Of a stretch of 35,516 nt of DNA, positions 18,787 through 28,974 are shown one piece after another. Each line of letters begins with the position of its first letter. Within the stretch, counting starts at the first letter, position 1. Below the pieces are notes generated by a model that did not search any database, had not been told where the DNA came from, and saw only the letters and a program-made list of their open reading frames with translations. This DNA comes from Ignavibacteria bacterium (GTDB lineage Bacteria > Elusimicrobiota > Endomicrobiia > PHAN01): positions 1 through 35,516 of the forward strand of contig JBGFRZ010000072.1 in assembly GCA_041694835.1 (NCBI GenBank), in the 5' to 3' direction. The position numbers and the translations under genes were made by a program.

Positions 18787-20121
18787 ATGTGCGGAATATT
18801 TGCTGTATACAACGACATTGAAGCTGCTGAATTGACATATCTTGGACTTTATGCATTACAACACCGCGGTCAAGAATCAGCGGGGATAGTATCTTCTGAC
18901 GGTAAAAAGTTTTATAGCAAAATCGGACAGGGGTTAGTGTCAGATGTTTTTGAAAAAGATGATATACTCCGACTAAAAGGCAGATATGCGATAGGGCATA
19001 CTCGCTACTCTACCACAGGAGTGTCTACGATTGTTAATGCTCAACCGTTAATTATCAGACATAAAAAGGTGAATCTTGCAGTAGCACATAATGGAAACAT
19101 TACCAATGCGTTATTATTGCGAAGAAAACTTGAAGAGGATGGGGCTATTTTTCAGACCACTTCCGATAGTGAAGTTATACTTCATCTTATGATGAAGTCA
19201 AAAGAAAAAGAAATACACAATAAAATTAAAGAAGCATTGACGCCAATAAAAGGAGCGTACTCTGTCATTTTTCTATTTAACGACAAAATATTTGCAGCGC
19301 GGGACCCTCATGGTTTTAGGTCACTGTGTATCGGAAAACTGAAGAATTCTTACATATTATCTTCCGAGAGTTGCGGGTTTGACTTAATCGGAGCAACATA
19401 TTTAAGAGAAATAGAGCCCGGCGAGATTATGATTATTGAAAATAAAAAAATAAAGTCGATTATTTTCTCTCAAAGAGAAAAGAAAGCTCAGTGTATTTTC
19501 GAGCATATATATTTTGCACGCCCCGATTCAAAGATGTTTGGCGAGTCAGTATATGAGGTAAGAAAAAATCTCGGGGAAGAACTTGCGAAAGAGTCCCCGC
19601 CGGAAAAGGAGAGTATTGTAATTGCTATACCCGACTCTGCAAACATATCCTCTCTCGGTTATGCCCAACATTCTAAAAGACCACTGGAGTTCGGTTTCAT
19701 AAGAAATCACTATATCGGTCGAACCTTTATAGAACCAAAGCAGTCGATTAGGGACTTCAGGGCAAAAGTTAAATATAATCCCGTCGAAGAAGTGGTCAAA
19801 AATAAAGTTCTGGTAGTCGTGGACGACTCAATAGTTCGTGGAACTACGAGCAAAAAATTGGTTAGAATGCTTAAAAGATGCGGGGCAAAAAAAACTCATT
19901 ACAGAATAAGTTCTCCGCCGATAAAATACCCTTGTCATTACGGTATCGATACGCCGAACAAAAACGAACTTGTTGCTGCGAAAAAATCCCTCGAGGAAAT
20001 TAGAAAGGATTTGGGTGTAAACTCTTTGCGTTATTTAAGCATTAAAGGTCTTCTAAACTCTGTAAATGGAAAAAAGTGCAAATACTGTCTGGCGTGTTTC
20101 ACGGGAGAATATCCTGTATAA
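18787..20121 (+). CDS. purF: Amidophosphoribosyltransferase
   Basis: N-terminal MCG, LQHRGQESAG, GHTRYST, VDDSIVRGTT and C-terminal CxxC. Confidence 0.98.
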   Translation: MCGIFAVYNDIEAAELTYLGLYALQHRGQESAGIVSSDGKKFYSKIGQGLVSDVFEKDDILRLKGRYAIGHTRYSTTGVSTIVNAQPLIIRHKKVNLAVAHNGNITNALLLRRKLEEDGAIFQTTSDSEVILHLMMKSKEKEIHNKIKEALTPIKGAYSVIFLFNDKIFAARDPHGFRSLCIGKLKNSYILSSESCGFDLIGATYLREIEPGEIMIIENKKIKSIIFSQREKKAQCIFEHIYFARPDSKMFGESVYEVRKNLGEELAKESPPEKESIVIAIPDSANISSLGYAQHSKRPLEFGFIRNHYIGRTFIEPKQSIRDFRAKVKYNPVEEVVKNKVLVVVDDSIVRGTTSKKLVRMLKRCGAKKTHYRISSPPIKYPCHYGIDTPNKNELVAAKKSLEEIRKDLGVNSLRYLSIKGLLNSVNGKKCKYCLACFTGEYPV

Positions 20122-20136
20122 TGAAACTGTCGAAAA

Positions 20137-20218
20137 AGTTCAGAGTTGAGAGTGTAGAGTTTAGAGATGACCGTATATTTGGCAGTGTCTCTAAACTCTA
20201 AACTAAGTTCTCTCAACT
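20137..20218. repeat. Inverted heptamer pair GAGTTKA / CTCTAAA
   Basis: Same arms as the nrdG-nrdD spacer. Confidence 0.8.
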
Positions 20219-20241
20219 TATCAAATGTCTTTTTCAATAAT

Positions 20242-21543
20242 ATGAACATCTTAATTATTGGTTCTGGCGGTAGAGAACATGCTATCATCTGGAAATTGAA
20301 AGAAACGAGCAAAGACGGCAATTTTTTTTGTATTCCCGGAAACGGCGGTGTATCTAAAATTGCCAAATGCGTTGATTTTGAACCGACGGATGTCAAAAAA
20401 ATTACCAAATGGGCTCTTGAGAATAAAATTGACTTGACTGTGGTCGGACCCGAAGGAGCGCTTGCCGCCGGCATCGTAGATGAATTCCAAAAAAACGGCC
20501 TAAAAATTTTTGGTCCCGACGAAAAAGCGGCAAAACTTGAATCCAGTAAAATTTTTGCAAAAAATTTCATGGAAAAATACAATATCCCCACGGCGAAATA
20601 TGAAGTTTTTGACAATTATGAAAGCGCCGTTTCATATCTCTCAACTCTGTCCCCGGTTAAGTCGGGAACTCAACTCTCAACCGTTGTTAAAGCCGACGGA
20701 TTATGTGCGGGGAAAGGTGTCTTTGTTTGTGAATCAAAAGAAGAATCTGTCTATGCTCTCAACAAGTTGCTTAAAGAAAAAATTTTTGGAAAATCGAGCG
20801 AGAGAATAATTATAGAAGAAAAATTGGAAGGCGGGGAAGTATCGATTATGGCATTTTGTGACGGAGAAAATATACTGCCGTTATTGCCTTCACAAGACCA
20901 CAAACGGGTGTTTGACAACGACAAAGGTCCTAATACTGGCGGAATGGGGGCTTATGCTCCCGCTGAAAATATCGTCGATATGAAAGTTGTTGAAAAAGAA
21001 ATTTTTTTTAATTTTTTAAGAGGTGTAAAAAATGAGGGTCTAAATTTTAAAGGTATCATCTATGTGGGAATCATAAGCACGAAAAATGGCCCCAAAGTGT
21101 TGGAGTTTAATGTCCGTTTTGGCGACCCGGAAACACAATCCGTCTTGCCTCTAATGAAAAGCAACCTCGCCGAAATACTCCTGTCAACCATTGAGGGCAA
21201 ACTCAATAAAATTAAACTAGAATGGTATAATAAGAAGGCAGTTTGTGTTGTGTTGACATCTGTCGGATATCCCGGAACTTTTGAGATGGATAAAAAAATA
21301 AGTGGGTTGGAAAAATTCGAAAGCAGTTCTACTTTGCTGCACAATACCATAGTGTTTCACGCTGCAACCAAAGTGTTCAATGATGCTTTTTATACCTCCG
21401 GTGGCAGGGTTTTGAATGTTGTTTCTCTGTCTGACACTCTTGATTCGGCGCGCAAAAAAGTTTATGAAGACATTCAAAAGATAAAATTTGACAACATGCA
21501 CTACCGTCGAGATATAGGGAAAAGAATAGCAAATAGTGAATAG
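20242..21543 (+). CDS. purD: Phosphoribosylamine-glycine ligase
   Basis: MNILIIGSGGREHA, VVGPE, KADGLCAGKGV, QDHKR, NTGGMGAY and EFNVRFGDPE motifs; start placed at ATG 20242. Confidence 0.97.
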   Translation: MNILIIGSGGREHAIIWKLKETSKDGNFFCIPGNGGVSKIAKCVDFEPTDVKKITKWALENKIDLTVVGPEGALAAGIVDEFQKNGLKIFGPDEKAAKLESSKIFAKNFMEKYNIPTAKYEVFDNYESAVSYLSTLSPVKSGTQLSTVVKADGLCAGKGVFVCESKEESVYALNKLLKEKIFGKSSERIIIEEKLEGGEVSIMAFCDGENILPLLPSQDHKRVFDNDKGPNTGGMGAYAPAENIVDMKVVEKEIFFNFLRGVKNEGLNFKGIIYVGIISTKNGPKVLEFNVRFGDPETQSVLPLMKSNLAEILLSTIEGKLNKIKLEWYNKKAVCVVLTSVGYPGTFEMDKKISGLEKFESSSTLLHNTIVFHAATKVFNDAFYTSGGRVLNVVSLSDTLDSARKKVYEDIQKIKFDNMHYRRDIGKRIANSE

Positions 21544-21930
21544 CAAATAGTGTTCTGAAAATAACCGAACATATGTTCGGGAATAAATTGCCAGGGGCTA
21601 TCATATAGCAGATAGTGAAGAGAGAGTTAAATAGCGAATAGCAAATACTGAAATACAAAATGCGAATAGGGATATTTTAATTTTATATTTTGAATTTTTA
21701 ATTATTTTCATCTGCGAAAATCCGCGTCCTAAAAAATAATTGAACGCAGATAAACGCAGAAACAACTTTGATAAACGCAGATTGAAGCAACTATAAACTC
21801 ATCTGCGATAATCTGCGTCCTATTTCTGCTCCGCTTTTTTATTTTTGAACGCAGCTCAATGCCGATTTTGACAAGATTGACATATCTACCAAATCTGCGA
21901 TAATCTGCGTCCTAAAAATAAAGGAGATTT

Positions 21931-22416
21931 ATGAAAAAACAAAATCCGTTAGTCGGAATTATTATGGGCAGCAAAAATGACTGGAAAGTAATGAAAGACG
22001 CTGCTAAGATTTTGAAAATTCTGAAGATAGATTACGAGGTTTTTGTCAAATCTGCCCATCGCACGCCCGATGAAATGTTCAAATACGCAGAAAACGCTAA
22101 GGGAAAAAATCTCGAAGTCATAATAGCCGGAGCAGGAGGCGCTGCACATCTGCCGGGTATGACTGCCTCAAAAACTGTGCTGCCTGTTATCGGTGTTCCC
22201 GTAAAAACAAAACATTTGATAGGGCTTGATTCGTTACTTTCTATAGTTCAAATGCCAAAAGGTATCCCCGTTGCCACGGTTGCTATTGATAATTCTTTCA
22301 ATGCAGGACTACTAGCGGCAAGAATACTGGGAATCAAGTATCCTGAAATACAAACCAGATTGGAGTTATACAGAAAAAAAATAAAAGCACAAGTGAATAA
22401 AGTAAAGTTAAGATAG
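21931..22416 (+). CDS. purE: N5-CAIR mutase
   Basis: [24 protein letters not shown] and [14 protein letters not shown] motifs. Confidence 0.97.
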   Translation: MKKQNPLVGIIMGSKNDWKVMKDAAKILKILKIDYEVFVKSAHRTPDEMFKYAENAKGKNLEVIIAGAGGAAHLPGMTASKTVLPVIGVPVKTKHLIGLDSLLSIVQMPKGIPVATVAIDNSFNAGLLAARILGIKYPEIQTRLELYRKKIKAQVNKVKLR

Positions 22417-22627
22417 GCACAAGTCACAACTTTCCACTTAAAATTTGACATTGACGGTAAAATAGTGGATTATGCGGGCAGGTCTCAACTATCAAAAATA
22501 TCTACGAAACCATAGAACTTGCCCCAATGAATCGGGATAACCATAGGTGAGCACGGGTGAACACTGAAAAAGAATTCAAAGAAGTTTAATTTGTGTTTAT
22601 CTGTATTAATCTGCGGTTCCAAAATTT

Positions 22628-23737
22628 ATGAATTTGAAACCGGGTTCAAAAGTTGGAATTATCGGTGGCGGTCAGTTGGGCAGGATGTTTATACTGGAAG
22701 CAAAGCGGCTCGGTTATGGTGCAGTAGTTTTAGGCGATAAAAAGACGGCGCCTGCCGCTCAAGTTGCCGACGAGGTGTTTTCTGCTCAAGAGTGGAAAAA
22801 ATTTACCGAAGTTGTCAGTTGTGCGACCTATGAGTTCGAACATGTCGATTTAGATGTTGTAAAAAAGGTGGCGAGTCGAATTCCTGTTTTTCCAGGAATG
22901 TTGCCGTTAAAAATTAAACAGGACAAAATAGAAGAAAAACTGTTTCTAAAAAATAATGGATTTCCCACTGCGGAGTTTAGAGTTGTTGACAAGAGTGAAA
23001 CAATTTTAGAGATACTCCGAGATAAACATAAAGTTGTTGTAAAAAAGCCATCTTTTTGTTACGATGGAAAAGGTCTCTTTGTGATAAGGTCGTTGCAAGA
23101 TTTTAAAAAATATAGCCCCGAATTAACAGGCCGTCTTCTCGTGGAAGATTTCATCCAATACGACAGAGAGTTGTCTATAATGTGTGCTCGTGACCGAAAA
23201 GGAAATAGCGTTTTATATCCCGTCACTCAAAACATTCATTGGGACGGAATACTCTTTTACAACATCGCTCCCGCTCCTATAAGTGAGAGCGCAAAAAAAT
23301 GGGTTGAAAAAATTGCAAAAAAACTTCTGTCGTCGCTGAGTATCGTCGGAATTTTGGGAATCGAGTTTTTCCTATTAAAAAACGGAACCCTGCTGATAAA
23401 TGAGTTCGCTCCGCGCCCGCACAATTCTGGACATTACACTCAAGATGCATGCGATATATCCCAGTTTGAAATACTTTTGAGGGTAATGTGCGGAATGCCA
23501 CTTATAACCCCGAAATTGAATTCGGAAGCAATAATGTTGAATATACTCGGAGTGGAACAAAAAAATCTACCGCTTGATAAAATACTATCTCTTTCCGGCG
23601 TTAAACTGCATAACTACGGCAAAATTGGCAGCGGAAGTCGGAGAAAGATGGGACATATAAATATAATAGGTCAACGGAGTGAAAACATAAAAAAACTAAA
23701 TTTACTAAAAAAAAGCATTTATTCCGTAGATGATTAG
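22628..23737 (+). CDS. purK: N5-CAIR synthase
   Basis: GIIGGGQLGRM, TYEFE, YDGKG, NEFAPRPHNSGH and RKMGH motifs. Confidence 0.96.
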   Translation: MNLKPGSKVGIIGGGQLGRMFILEAKRLGYGAVVLGDKKTAPAAQVADEVFSAQEWKKFTEVVSCATYEFEHVDLDVVKKVASRIPVFPGMLPLKIKQDKIEEKLFLKNNGFPTAEFRVVDKSETILEILRDKHKVVVKKPSFCYDGKGLFVIRSLQDFKKYSPELTGRLLVEDFIQYDRELSIMCARDRKGNSVLYPVTQNIHWDGILFYNIAPAPISESAKKWVEKIAKKLLSSLSIVGILGIEFFLLKNGTLLINEFAPRPHNSGHYTQDACDISQFEILLRVMCGMPLITPKLNSEAIMLNILGVEQKNLPLDKILSLSGVKLHNYGKIGSGSRRKMGHINIIGQRSENIKKLNLLKKSIYSVDD

Positions 23738-23839
23738 AGAATTAGAGGTTATTATTAGTCAATCGGCAACTAATCCGCTAATTCACTAATTTACTGATTT
23801 TCTCTTCTTGGCGACAGGGTTTTTCAACACTTTCGATAT

Positions 23840-24367
23840 ATGAAAATAAAAAACATCCTGAAAGAATCTGAAATAAAAAAAGCGATTAAAAGAATGTCTG
23901 TCGAGATTTTCAAAGGCAATAAAGATATCGCCAATCTTGTAATTGTAGGCATTCAGACGCGAGGGGTTCATTTGGCAATGCGACTTCTCTCACACCTCAA
24001 AAAGACGACCAAAAAAAATATTTCGTTTGGTCAACTGGACATCACATTTTACAGAGACGACATAGATAAAATTTCACATCAGCCGATTGTAAAAGAAACA
24101 AAAATTACCGACGACATAACCGACAAAGATATTCTCCTGGTTGACGATGTCCTTTTTACCGGTCGCACAATAAGGGCTGCACTTGATGCTCTGATGGATT
24201 ACGGCAGACCTAAAACAATAAAACTTGCGGTATTGATAGATAGAGGATGTCGCGAACTTCCCATCCGTCCTGACTATGTCGGAAAAATACTGACAACCAA
24301 TACCAAAGAGATGGTAAGTGTGAAATTAAAAGAAGTTGATGGCAAGGACGAAGTAGTGATTCGCTAA
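23840..24367 (+). CDS. pyrR: PyrR attenuation regulator / uracil phosphoribosyltransferase
   Basis: GIQTRG, LDITFYRDD, VDDVLFTGRTIRAALDAL and DRGxRELPIRPDYVG motifs. Confidence 0.95.
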   Translation: MKIKNILKESEIKKAIKRMSVEIFKGNKDIANLVIVGIQTRGVHLAMRLLSHLKKTTKKNISFGQLDITFYRDDIDKISHQPIVKETKITDDITDKDILLVDDVLFTGRTIRAALDALMDYGRPKTIKLAVLIDRGCRELPIRPDYVGKILTTNTKEMVSVKLKEVDGKDEVVIR

Positions 24368-24499
24368 TACAAAATGGCAAATTCACGAATTGCGCCGAAT
24401 ATTCGCAGAAAACGCGGAAGTCACTTGAAGTGAAAAGAGTGATGTATAAATTTGATTTTCTGTGTAATCTGCGGATTACAGAATAGAAGTGCTCATCGT

Positions 24500-25447
24500 A
24501 TGAACACAAGATTAAAACACAAGGATTTACTCGGACTTGAATATCTTTCAAAAGATGAGATAGAATCAATCCTTTATACCGCAAAACCTTTTAAGGCTCT
24601 TTTCACCCGGACAATCAAAAAAGTGCCGGTGCTTCGCGGAAAAACTGTCGTATTATTTTTTTGTGAACCGTCAACGAGAACAAGAACCTCTTTTGAACTG
24701 GCGGCGAAACGATTAAGTGCCGATACGATAATTATTTCAGCGGCGGCGTCGTCTCTTAAAAAAGGGGAATCGCTCTTAGACACAGCGAAGACGATAGAAG
24801 CGTTAAAGCCGGATTTTGTAATCATAAGACATCCTATGTCCGGTGCGGCATCAGTCGTAGCAAAAAATATCTCGGCATCCGTAATAAATGCCGGTGATGG
24901 AATGCACGAACATCCCACTCAGGGACTTTTAGATATTTTTACAATGCTTGACAAAAAAAAGACAATCAAAGGGTTGAATGTTGCAATTGTGGGCGACATA
25001 CTTCACTCTCGCGTAGCAAGGTCAAACATCTGGGGACTAAATAAACTTGGCGCCAATGTTTATTTGGTTGCTCCGCCGACCCTTATTGCTGCTGAGGTAA
25101 AGAAAATGAATGTAAAAGTGTTTTATAATCTTGGTGAAATTATTGAAAAACTAGATGTCATCAATATATTAAGAATTCAAAGAGAAAGACAGGAACAAAA
25201 TCTTTTTCCGTCAATTGAAGAGTATAGCGAACTCTTTGGAGTAAACAACGCGGTGCTTATGCGAGCAAAAAAGGATATCTTGTTAATGCATCCGGGGCCT
25301 GTGAACAGGGGGGTTGAAATTTCTTCGGAAATTGCGGAGAGTAAAAATTCAGCCATAAACGAACAGGTAACCAACGGAGTAGCAATCAGGATGGCTGTGT
25401 TATACGCTCTTGCAAAATCCGCCAGAGAGGCAGTAGGTAGTAGGTAG
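24500..25447 (+). CDS. pyrB: Aspartate carbamoyltransferase catalytic subunit
   Basis: EPSTRTRTSFE, HEHPTQ, GDILHSRVARS and MHPGPVNRG motifs; start placed at ATG 24500. Confidence 0.97.
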   Translation: MNTRLKHKDLLGLEYLSKDEIESILYTAKPFKALFTRTIKKVPVLRGKTVVLFFCEPSTRTRTSFELAAKRLSADTIIISAAASSLKKGESLLDTAKTIEALKPDFVIIRHPMSGAASVVAKNISASVINAGDGMHEHPTQGLLDIFTMLDKKKTIKGLNVAIVGDILHSRVARSNIWGLNKLGANVYLVAPPTLIAAEVKKMNVKVFYNLGEIIEKLDVINILRIQRERQEQNLFPSIEEYSELFGVNNAVLMRAKKDILLMHPGPVNRGVEISSEIAESKNSAINEQVTNGVAIRMAVLYALAKSAREAVGSR

Positions 25448-25640
25448 GTAACAAAACGAACCCCGTTTTTATATGTGGCTCCGATTTATCGGGGTAAGCC
25501 CCGCACAATAAATGTTCGGGATAAACTCCGCGAATAGACGTTTCAACCCCGCGGATCCTAAAAAGGAGTAGAGTCTGGAGAAGAGGATTTAGCCCCGTGA
25601 TGAACGACCCTGAAGGGTCTACTCCGGGTGAGGAGGAAAA

Positions 25641-26945
25641 TTGAATCTTTCAATAATTAACGGAATTGTTGTCGACCCTGCAAATAAAATTTTCCAAAAA
25701 GCAGACATTCTTGTTAAAAATGGAAAAATTGCAAAAATCGGAAAAATCACAAGCCACAAGCCGCGAGCCACGAGCCACAAAATAATAGACGCAAAAAATA
25801 AACATGTCGTTCCGGGATTGATTGACATTCACACTCACTTGAGGGACCCTGGAAACGAGGCGCAAGAGACGCTCTCCAGCGCTACAAAGGCTGCCGCTAT
25901 GGGCGGTTTTACGACAATATTTTGCATGCCTAACACTGTGCCCGTTGTTGATTCTCCGCTTGTCGTCAAATATATTTTGTTCGAAACCAAATCTTCGGGA
26001 GTGGTGAATGTGTTCCCCGTCGGAGCGATTACAAAAAAAAGTGAGGGTCAGGAACTTGCGGAAATCGGCAAAATGAAATCGGCTGGCATTGTCGCCGTTT
26101 CCGACGATGGACACTCAGTTATGAATTCGCTCATAATGCGCAGAGCTCTTGACTACTGCAAAGCATTTGACTTGACCGTCATATCTCACTGCGAAGATGT
26201 AAATTTATCTTCAGGCGGAGAGATGAACGAGGGTTATGTTTCAACTATTTTAGGGCTAAAAGGAATACCTAATCAGTCGGAAGAAATTATGGTGGCGAGA
26301 GATATTTTGCTTGCACAGTTGACCGGCGGAAAACTCCATATCGCTCACATCAGCACGGCGGGAGCCGTTAATCTGGTAAGACAAGCAAAAAAAGACGGCA
26401 TAGATGTAACATGCGAAACCGCTCCCCACTACTTCACATTGACAGAAGAAGAGGTTAAAAAAAGCGACTACAACACAAATACAAAAATAAATCCGCCGCT
26501 CAGAACCGAGAAAGATGTTAATGCAATAATCAAAGGGCTTGCCGACGGAACGATTGATTGCATCGCCTCTGACCATGCACCTCATCTTGAAGAAGAAAAA
26601 CAACAAGAGTTTCGACTTGCGCCGTTTGGGATAATAGGACTTGAAACGATGCTCCCTCTTGTAATCACTAAACTTGTGAAAGAAAAAATTTTAACTTTAT
26701 CTGATGCGCTCGCCAAAATGACTGTTAATCCCGCCAAGATATTCAAAATAAAAAAGGGCGGTATCTCTGAGGGCGATGATGCAGACATAACGATTATATC
26801 GCTTGATGAAACCAAAGTGATAAACAAATTCATTTCAAAAAGTAAAAATTCACCTTTTGTCGGGATGAAATTAAGCGGTTTTGCCTCAGCGACAATCGTC
26901 GGCGGCCATGTCGTTATAAAAGACGGGCAAATAATAGACCATTAA
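25641..26945 (+). CDS. pyrC: Dihydroorotase
   Basis: PGLIDIHTHLRDPG, MPNT and ASDHAPH motifs; TTG start with SD AGGAGG. Confidence 0.96.
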   Translation: MNLSIINGIVVDPANKIFQKADILVKNGKIAKIGKITSHKPRATSHKIIDAKNKHVVPGLIDIHTHLRDPGNEAQETLSSATKAAAMGGFTTIFCMPNTVPVVDSPLVVKYILFETKSSGVVNVFPVGAITKKSEGQELAEIGKMKSAGIVAVSDDGHSVMNSLIMRRALDYCKAFDLTVISHCEDVNLSSGGEMNEGYVSTILGLKGIPNQSEEIMVARDILLAQLTGGKLHIAHISTAGAVNLVRQAKKDGIDVTCETAPHYFTLTEEEVKKSDYNTNTKINPPLRTEKDVNAIIKGLADGTIDCIASDHAPHLEEEKQQEFRLAPFGIIGLETMLPLVITKLVKEKILTLSDALAKMTVNPAKIFKIKKGGISEGDDADITIISLDETKVINKFISKSKNSPFVGMKLSGFASATIVGGHVVIKDGQIIDH

Positions 26946-27099
26946 AAAACTTTACCACAGAAAACACGGAAAATGCAAATGAACAGATAAGAAAATTACC
27001 ACGAAAACACGAAATTTAGAAGTTACGAAAAAAGAATCAACAAAAATTTTAGATTTCTTCGTGTCTTCGTGGTTAAGATTTTTTAAAAATTAAAATTAA

Positions 27100-28098
27100 A
27101 TGATTCAATCTGATTGTAAAATAACTTCAAAAAAGCGATTGACTGATAATTGTTTTCTCTTCACTTTTACGAATTCTGCGATTGCTCAAAAAGCAAAACC
27201 CGGGCAATTCGTCATGGTGAACCCCGTTAAAAGTAAGTCCCACCAAGGCAGAATCGCCAATGTAGTTCTCGAATTACATCGGACTTCTAACGGGATGAAT
27301 GTTGATTACGGAATCGCAGCGAATAAATGCAGCCCCCCAATACATTGTGGGGTGAGTGGAGCGAATAGAGTGTTAAAAGGTCTCTACTTGACAAATAGGA
27401 TTTTTTTAAGACGGCCTTTTAGCATATGTGTTGCAAAAAATAAAACTTTTAGTATATTTTTTAAGGTCGTGGGACCAGGGACGGATATTTTAAGTCAAAA
27501 AAAAGAAGGCGATGTTCTCAATATCATCGGTCCATTAGGTTGTGGTTATTTCCTCTCCTCTCTACCCTCTCCTCTTTCCCCTATATTCGTTGCCGGCGGC
27601 ACAGGCATCGCTTCACTTTTTTTCCTCGCTAAACGAGTCACAAACCACAAGCCACGAGCCACAATTTTCATTGGTGCAAAGACAAAAAAAGAAATATTTT
27701 TTAAGAAAGAACTTGAAAAAAATGGCTGTAAAGTAATTGCTTCCACCGACGACGGTTCTTACGGACATAAAGGATATATATCCGATGTTTTTAGTCGTTA
27801 TCTATCCACTATCCACTATCCACTATTCACTGCTGTTTACGCCTGCGGGCCCAGGCCAATGCTAAAAAAAATTGCTGAAACATCTGAAAAATATAAATTG
27901 AAGTGTTATGTCTCTTTGGAAGAAAAAATGGCTTGTGGGGTGGGTGCTTGTATGGGGTGTGTTGTAAAGACACGGATAAGTACGGATATGAAAACACAGA
28001 TTAACACTGCTGATTTTGAATACAAACGGGTCTGTAAAGATGGTCCTGTTTTTGATGCTGATGAAATAATCTGGGAAAATGAGTATACGAATCAGTAA
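27100..28098 (+). CDS. pyrK: Dihydroorotate dehydrogenase electron-transfer subunit, with several repeat-derived inserts
   Basis: PGQFVM, RRPFSI, GPLG, AGGTGI, CGP and MACGVGACMGC...RVCKDGPVF motifs. Confidence 0.93.
   Translation: MIQSDCKITSKKRLTDNCFLFTFTNSAIAQKAKPGQFVMVNPVKSKSHQGRIANVVLELHRTSNGMNVDYGIAANKCSPPIHCGVSGANRVLKGLYLTNRIFLRRPFSICVAKNKTFSIFFKVVGPGTDILSQKKEGDVLNIIGPLGCGYFLSSLPSPLSPIFVAGGTGIASLFFLAKRVTNHKPRATIFIGAKTKKEIFFKKELEKNGCKVIASTDDGSYGHKGYISDVFSRYLSTIHYPLFTAVYACGPRPMLKKIAETSEKYKLKCYVSLEEKMACGVGACMGCVVKTRISTDMKTQINTADFEYKRVCKDGPVFDADEIIWENEYTNQ
27222..27295. mobile_element. CCCCGTTAGA-family element inserted in-frame in pyrK
   Basis: CCCCGTTAAAAGT...ACTTCTAACGGGA with flanks TGAA/TGAA; 74+4 = 78 bp. 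Confidence 0.87.
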
Positions 28099-28960
28099 AT
28101 TACAACTGAAAAATCCTGTGCTCGTAGCATCGGGAACATTTGGTTACGGGCTTGAGTTTAAGGACTTGTTAGATTTAGATAAACTTGGCGCTATTGTTAC
28201 AAAAACGATTACACTAAACCCGCGAAGTGGCAATCCTCAACCGAGAACATTTGAACTTTCTTATGGAATGATAAACTCTATAGGACTTCAAAATGTTGGT
28301 TTGGAAAAATTTATAAATGAGAAGTTGCCCGAAATCAGGAAAATTACAAAAACACCAATCATCGTAAGCGTAGGCGGAAACACAAAAAATGAGTTTTCTA
28401 AAATTTTAGAGACATTAAACTCTGAAAAAGTTGATGCCGTTGAATTGAATCTATCTTGCCCGAATGTAACAGGTAAAAAAATTATTTCACAAAATGACAA
28501 AGAAACATATAAATTTGTGAGTGCTCTAAGAAAAAAAACGAACTTGACATTAATTGTGAAACTTTCGCCGAATGTTACCGACATAACAAAAATTGCAAAA
28601 TCCGCTGAGGATGCGGGCTCTGACGCTATTTCTTTGATAAATTCTTTTCCCGCGGCATTTTACCGATTACCGATTACTGATTACCAATTACCAGTTTTCG
28701 GCGGTCTTTCGGGTCCTTGCATAAAACACATCGCCTTGAGAATGGTTTATCAGGTCTCGCAGGTTGTGAAAATTCCTATAATAGGCATGGGTGGAATAAT
28801 GAACACGGGCGATGCTTTGGAATTTTTTAAAGCAGGCGCTAAAGCAATTGCTGTCGGTTATGCAAATTTCATAAATCCAAAAACACCGCTCGAAATAATA
28901 GAAGGATTAAAACCCCATTCTAACCAATATCTGTTTAATTGTCGTCGAAAATCGGTGTAA
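28079..28960 (+). CDS. pyrD: Dihydroorotate dehydrogenase (family 1B) catalytic subunit
   Basis: NPVLVASGTFGYG, NSIGLQN, ELNLSCPN, KLSPNVTDI and GGLSGP motifs. Confidence 0.96.
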   Translation: MSIRISKLQLKNPVLVASGTFGYGLEFKDLLDLDKLGAIVTKTITLNPRSGNPQPRTFELSYGMINSIGLQNVGLEKFINEKLPEIRKITKTPIIVSVGGNTKNEFSKILETLNSEKVDAVELNLSCPNVTGKKIISQNDKETYKFVSALRKKTNLTLIVKLSPNVTDITKIAKSAEDAGSDAISLINSFPAAFYRLPITDYQLPVFGGLSGPCIKHIALRMVYQVSQVVKIPIIGMGGIMNTGDALEFFKAGAKAIAVGYANFINPKTPLEIIEGLKPHSNQYLFNCRRKSV

Positions 28961-28974
28961 TCTGTGTTAAAAAT

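Noticed and set aside
20167-20241. N-terminal extensions in the ORF track (purD here; also dut, purL, pyrB, pyrF, purB)
   Set aside because: They run through intergenic or repeat DNA, and downstream ATGs match the family N-termini.
21660-21920. CRISPR-like array of ACGCAGAT repeats
   Set aside because: Units are about 10 nt, degenerate, in both orientations, without regular unique spacers or cas genes.
22440-22620. Possible ZTP (pfl) riboswitch between purE and purK
   Set aside because: AACCATAGGTGAGCACG only superficially resembles it. The GACTGGCG and GCCTGGGC elements are missing, and the segment fits the ACACRGAT inverted-arm repeat family.
23738-24499. PyrR-binding attenuator near pyrR/pyrB
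   Set aside because: I could not find the ARUCCNGNGAGGYU loop or a terminator/antiterminator pair.
27222-27366. Intein or self-splicing intron explanation for the in-frame inserts
   Set aside because: Too short, with no Cys/Ser...His-Asn intein ends or group I/II core; terminal inverted repeats and target duplications fit a DNA element better.
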